Origin: the human T2T-CHM13v2.0 reference genome, Homo sapiens
Length of the DNA stretch: 64,000 nucleotides
Assembly: GCF_009914755.1 (NCBI RefSeq)
Contig: NC_060927.1
Reading direction: 5' to 3' (one strand)
In this document: one piece after another, positions 56,924 to 64,000 of the stretch
How the letters are laid out: the number at the start of each line of letters is the position of its first letter
Numbering within the stretch: the first letter of the stretch is position 1
Program-made: the position numbers and the translations under genes
Notes under the pieces: generated by a model
Told to the model about the DNA's origin: nothing
Database searches by the model: none
What the model saw: only the letters and a program-made list of their open reading frames with translations

Positions 56924-56974
56924 CTGAAAGACAAAACCACCCATGGTTTTAGTTTTTTTGTATCCCCCCCTGCC

Positions 56975-57115
56975 CAAAAACCTGCAATGGTCCCTGGACC
57001 CTGCTGATCGGAATAGTTGCACTCACTGACACAGCAGCAGAAACCCAAGAACCCGCAATGGTCCCTGGACCCTGCTGATTGGAACAGTTGCACTCACCAA
57101 CGTGCAGCAGAAACA
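56975..57115. repeat. two ~70-bp tandem leader repeats of HERV9
   Basis: 'caatggtccctggaccctgctgat...cagcagaaac' twice. Confidence 0.85.
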
Positions 57116-58100
57116 CTAGTTTTCCTCCAAGACCACAAGGAGGACCGAGGAAGGTCGGATTTACTGGCCCTTACTGATGCATTCTCAAAAACCTGTTAGA
57201 GTCCTAAGCATTCTCCTGTTAGTATTGGAACCTTACCCCTGTCCTATAAAGATGTTATGCCCCCAAAATCAAGTGGAGGGCCATACCCTGAGGGAGGGGA
57301 GGGATCTCCAGAGTTGGAAGAGTGATGCCTTTTGGAAGAGTGATGCCTTTTATATGAATAGGAAGGATATAATTTCTGAGGCTCCTCATATCCTAGCTTC
57401 AGGAATAGCTTTTGCTAGGTCTGCTTATCTGAGGAGGGATCTTAAAATTCCACATAGTCCCCCCTACAACAGGGCTTTGGGCAAAAATTATGTCTTTCTG
57501 ATTGGTGAGCCCGGGTGTCTAAAGAAGGTAACAGAGTCCTGAAGTTTATACTAGAAATCATTCTTACAGGAGAAATTAGAAAAGCACCAGAGACAGGGAG
57601 TGGTTTTTAGGAGCATGACTAGCCTTGGAGAACAGAGGCGAGAGGAAGTTTGTCTGGTAGGCATTAGGACCCACGGGGCAAGGGTCAGGATAGGTAGGAT
57701 AGATGGGCAAGTCTTGCTTTGGCAACATGCCTTTAAGAGTTCCGCTCATGGTCGCAGGTCAACCAACTTGTTGTCGGGATCCTGGAGCTGAATGGCTTTC
57801 CTCTCTGCTGACCCACAGCTCAGCCCAGAAGTACAGGAAAAGTGGAAGCTGGTTCCAGGCAAACCAACGCTCCCGACTCCGAAGAGTCAGGGTTTGTTAG
57901 CGAGCCCTTTCCCAAAAAGCCTGACACCCATGTCTTTAGTCCGGCGGCTGCGCTAGTCGCTTTTAACTGGCTGACAGTTGCCCAGTATTTAGCCCCCGAA
58001 TTCTAAGGAAAAATAGGACAGAATAGAAAGCGAAAGGAGTCCAGTGGTACTCAACTCTTGGCAATAGGCGATGGACTCACCGCTTGGCGATAGGCGATAG

Positions 58101-58120
58101 TCCCTTCATGGTCTTCAAAA
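58101..58120 (-). other. degenerate primer-binding site (tRNA-Arg type typical of HERV9)
   Basis: minus reads ttttgaagaccatgaaggga directly after the 5' LTR, vs expected tggcgaccacgaaggga. Confidence 0.75.
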
Positions 58121-58942
58121 TGTGTCCGGAATTGGTGGGTTCTTGGTCTCACTGACTTCAAGAATGAAGCCACAGACCCTCGCAGTGAGTGTTACAGTTC
58201 TTAAAGATGTTGTGTCTGGAGTTTTTCCCTTCTGATGTTCAGACATATCCAGAGTTTCTTCCTTCTGGTGGGTTCGTAGTCTCGCTGACTTCAGGAGTGA
58301 AGCTGCAGACCTTCGCAGTGAGTGTTACAGCTCTTAAAGGTGGTGTGTCTGGAGTTATGCGTTCCTCCTGGTGGGTTCGTGGTCTCGCTGACTTCAGGAG
58401 TAAAGCTGCAGACCTTTGCGGTGAGTGTTACAGCTCATAAAGGTGGTGTGGACCCAAAAAGTGAGCAGCAGCAAGATTTATTGCAAAGAGCGAAAGAACA
58501 AAGCTTCCACAGTGTGGAAGGGGACCTGAACAGGTAGCCACTGCTGGCTCGGGTGGCCTGCTTTTATTCCCTTATTTGACCCCACTCACATCCTGCTGAT
58601 TGGTTCATTTTATAGAAAGCTGATTGGTCCATTTTACAGAGTGCTGACTGATCCATTTTACAGAGTGCTGATTGGTCTGTTTTGACAGAGTGCTGATCGG
58701 TGCATTTACAAACCTTTAGCTAGACACAGAGTGCTGATTGGTGCATTTACAATCCTTTAGCTAGACACAAAAGTTCTCCAAGTCCCCTACCCAATTAGCT
58801 AGACACAGAGCACTGATTAGTGTGTTTACAAACCTTTAGCTAGACACAGAGCACTGATTGGTGCATTTATAATCCTTTAGCTAGACAGAAAAGTTTTCCA
58901 AGTCCCCACCTGACCCAGAAGCCCAGCTGGCTTCACCTCTCA
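58121..58942 (-). promoter_or_regulatory. 5' LTR12
   Basis: 822 bp; homologous to 50965-51782. Confidence 0.93.
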
Positions 58943-59582
58943 GTATCTCATCTGATTTTCATTTTTCTGATGATTTATGGTGTTGTAAATTTTTCATATG
59001 ATCAGTGGACACTGTTTAGAATTGTCTGTTCATATCCTTTGCCCATTTTTTAATGTGGTTATTTGTTTTTTGCTTGTTCAATCATTTCAATTCCTTATAG
59101 ATTCTAGATATTAGACCTTTGTTTTATGCATAGTTTGTATTGTCTCCCATTGTGTAGGTTGTCTGTTTACTCTGTTTACAGTTTCCTTTGCTATGCAGAA
59201 GCTCTTGAGTTTATTAGGTCCCACTTGTCAATTTTTGTTTTTGTTGCAATTGCTTTTGAGGATAATCATAAATTCTTTCTCAAGGCCTGTGTCAAGAATG
59301 ATATTTCTGAGGTTTTCTTCTAGGATTCTTATAGTTGAGGTCTTTCATTTAAATCTTTAGTCCTTCTTGAGTTAACTTTGTATATGCTGAAAGGTCGAGA
59401 TCATGTTTCATTCTTCTGCATATGGCTAGCAGCTATCCTAGCACCAATTATTAAATGGGGAGTCCTTTCCCCGTTGCACATTTTTTTGTCTCCTCTGTCC
59501 AAGATCAGATGGATATACATGTGTATCTTTATTTCTGGGTTCTCTATTCTGTTCCACTGGTGTATGCATCTAGTTTTTGTAA

Positions 59583-59948
<366 letters not shown>

Positions 59949-60823
59949 TAATCTGATGGATGCCTCAGGCTTTGTTCTTTTTGCTTAAGATTGCTATTTG
60001 GGCTCTTTTTTGATTCTATATGAATGTTAGAATAGTTTATTTCTATTTCATCTTCTGTGAAAAATGACATTAGTATCTTGATAGGAATTATGTTAAATTT
60101 GTAGATTGCTTTGGGCAGTATGGCCATTTTAACAATATTGATTCTTCCAATCTATGAGCATGGAATGTTTTTCCATTTGCTTGTGTTATCTGTGATTTCT
60201 TTTAGTGGTGATTTGCAGTTCTGCTTGTAGAGATCTTTCCCTTTCTTAGTTAGCTGTATTCCTAGGATTTTGGTGGTGGTTGTTGTTGCAGCTATTATAA
60301 ATGGAATTGCATTCTTGTTTTGGCTCTCAGCTTGAACATTATTGGTGTATAAAAATGCTACTGATTTGTGTACATTGATTTTGTTTCCTGAAACTTCATT
60401 GAAGTCATTCAACAGTTCCAGAAACCTTTGTCACATTCTTTAGGGTGTTCTTGGTATAAAATCATATTGTCTGTGAAGAGGGATAATTTGAACTTTTCTT
60501 TTTTTATTTGGATGGCTTTCATTTCTTTCTCTTGCCTGATTGCTTTGGCTAGCACTGCCAGTACTATGTTAAAGAGGAGTGGTAACAGTGGGCACCTTTG
60601 TGTTGTTCCAGTTCTCAAGGGAAATGCTTCCAGTTTTTGCCCATTCAGTATGATGTAAGCTGTGGGTTTGTCAGAGATGGCTTTTTATTTTGAGGTATGT
60701 TCCTTCAGTGCCTAGTTTCTTGAGGGTTTTGATCATGAAAGGATGTTGGATTTTATGCAGCTTTTTCTGCATCTATTGAAATGATCATACATTTTTTGTT
60801 TTTAATTATATTTATGCAGTTCA

Positions 60824-61143
<320 letters not shown>

Positions 61144-61196
61144 TCACTGTTGTAATTTTTGCAGAGGTGGTTTCAGGCATTTTTCAAGGTAAAAGT

Positions 61197-62123
<927 letters not shown>

Positions 62124-62899
62124 AAGTTAAGCTCTCTTTTCTTTCAAAAGCTTCTTCTAATTTCTCTAGTCCTCATTAATCTCTCTTTGAATTCCTACAA
62201 GCTCTTTCCAGAATTTAGTAATTATTTATATATATTTTCAGGGCAAATAGAACAATACTTAGAAAAACGTGATTAATCCAAATTTATCATTTTCTAGCTG
62301 TGTAAATTTGTTCAGAGTTTCTGGACTTAGTCTCCTTACCTTTAAAGTTGAGGAGTTACATAATTTCTGATGCTTGGTAAAATCTTAGCAAAGTATTATA
62401 CAAAAAAATGTATAATAATAGATATGGTGTAACTTGCTACTGCTACAGAATCTTTTAAAAATTTCCTTTGTGAGGGATTCTCCAGTGACTTGTCAGAAAA
62501 TGCTAAAAGCCTGGAGAGAAATAGTAAATAGTATTTTGTATCAGTGATAAGAGGTATAGAAATAGTGCTCTTTTTCTAGTTTTTCTCTTAAGGAAGGAAA
62601 TGAACCTATTTGTATGTGAAAATCAGCCTTTTAGTAATGTGGTAATACAATGATTTTTTAAAGTTTGAATCAAATTATAGGAGTAATGAAAAAAAATGAA
62701 ATTATTGGTAAGACATCTACCAAGAAAATATAGCAGATTTTAGTCTGTATAGTTACTTAAAATTAATGTTTATAAGCCAAAATATTTCCTTGTTTGCTTA
62801 TTATTCTTATTTCTTTTTTATATGCATTTACCATGTTAAATTTTGGTTTATTTATTTTTCTCTGACAGGCTATTTAAAAAAAAAAAACCAACACAGGTC

Positions 62900-63405
62900 T
62901 TATAACATAAAGACAAAAATATTTCTTCTAGATACTTTAAGCTCTACACATAAACTTATGATTCATTTTGAGTTAACTTTGTGTAAGAAAATTGAACAAT
63001 GTGTTGTTCATGAATGTTTAATTTTTTTAGCACCATTTATTGAAAAAACCATGCATGTTCTCACTGAATTGCCTGTGTACCTTTGTTGAAAATCTATTGA
63101 CCATATATGTGTGGATTTCTAATCAGTTATAATAATTATGCTTATTCTGATAGTACTCTCTTGATCACTGAAGCTTTATATTATAAGTATTGAATTCAAG
63201 TAGAGTGAATCCTTTAACTTTGTTCTTTTTTTCAAAATTGTTTTTGCTCTTCTAGATCCTTTGAATTTCTAAATTATTTTTAGAGTAGTCATTATCTACA
63301 GATAGGCATGCTATGATTTTGACTGGGATTGCACTGAACCTATAGATCAATTTTTGGAGACCTAACGTCTTAACGGTACTGAGTCTTCTGATCAATGAAC
63401 ATCAT
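62900..63405 (-). mobile_element. L1M ORF2 fragment
   Basis: 'tagcaccatttattgaaaa...ttgactgggattgcactgaacctatagatcaattt'. Confidence 0.75.
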
Positions 63406-63624
63406 TGTTAATCTCAGTAACAAACAGAGAGAAAGACTGTCCAAAAGAAAATGATATTTATTTGGGAATAGCCATTGCAATGGGAATATGTATGCCATAA
63501 TAAACTATGTCTATATTAAGAAAGGTAAAGGAAGACAAAGGTTTTAAAGGAAAAGTGAGAAGGATTACACAATTATTTTGACATAATTATTCTCGGCTAC
63601 AAGGGTGGTTTCAGTCCAAGGTTG
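63406..63624 (-). mobile_element. MER67-like LTR fragment
   Basis: similar to 47125-47360 ('agactgtccaaaa...gggaatatgtatgccata'). Confidence 0.6.
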
Positions 63625-64000
63625 TGAAACCACCATTGCAAGATTGTAACTGAGACAGTGAAAGAGATCTGACCTAACTAACTCCATCTTGCTTCTAGCC
63701 TCCAAGCTGTCCTAGTTCATTCCTGGGTGTGGGCTGAACTGACTTTGGGAGGAACTTAGTTTACGGTTTGAAACAAAAATGATAACAGCCCTTTCCCAAG
63801 GCAAACCTCCTTCTTGCCTGGGGACTAGACTGACTTTGTAGGAATAACGGATTTGCCACAAGATTAGAAATTATGGTTTAGGAGTCATGCAGCTGGATGC
63901 TACAAGATTCTGATCCTCCCTAAGCTGCTGCTAAGATCAGTGCTTCAGATATTTTGCAGACCCTGCACTTGATGGATCAGCTGGCACCACCCAGATCAAT
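63625..64000 (+). mobile_element. LTR8 (runs off window)
   Basis: tgaaaccaccattgcaagattgtaactgagacagtgaaagagatctgacctaac...ctccatcttgcttct. Confidence 0.88.

Larger units (their letters stand above)
50965..58942 (-). mobile_element. HERV9 (ERV-9) provirus with two LTR12, defective
   Basis: LTRs 50965-51782 and 58121-58942, TSD gtat, PBS and PPT, gag/pro/pol/env remnants in order. Confidence 0.96.

Overview
Primate genomic DNA, probably hominoid/human given AluY and LTR12C. I see no credible host protein-coding exon; nearly all ORF-track entries are chance or repeat-derived. The left ~40 kb is AT-rich with old repeats (MIR, L2, L1M, MER5A, MER81, MLT1/MLT2, LTR40), about 13 Alus, two MADE1 elements and a repeat-poor island at ~33.1-38.5 kb. 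The right ~23 kb is a dense, nested retroviral cluster. It holds a defective two-LTR HERV9/LTR12 provirus (50965-58942, -, TSD GTAT) inside an L1, and an oppositely oriented, heavily deleted HERV9 with LTR12C (41784-44267, +, TSD CTAC). The latter splits a much older, cryptic class I ERV whose LTR, PBS, gag, protease and RT remnants are readable on the minus strand (~41055-47043). MER41-, MER67-, MER34/39-group- and LTR8-like LTRs and an L1PA complete the cluster. Family names come from my recognition of consensus sequences, not from a database run; coordinates of old repeats are approximate.
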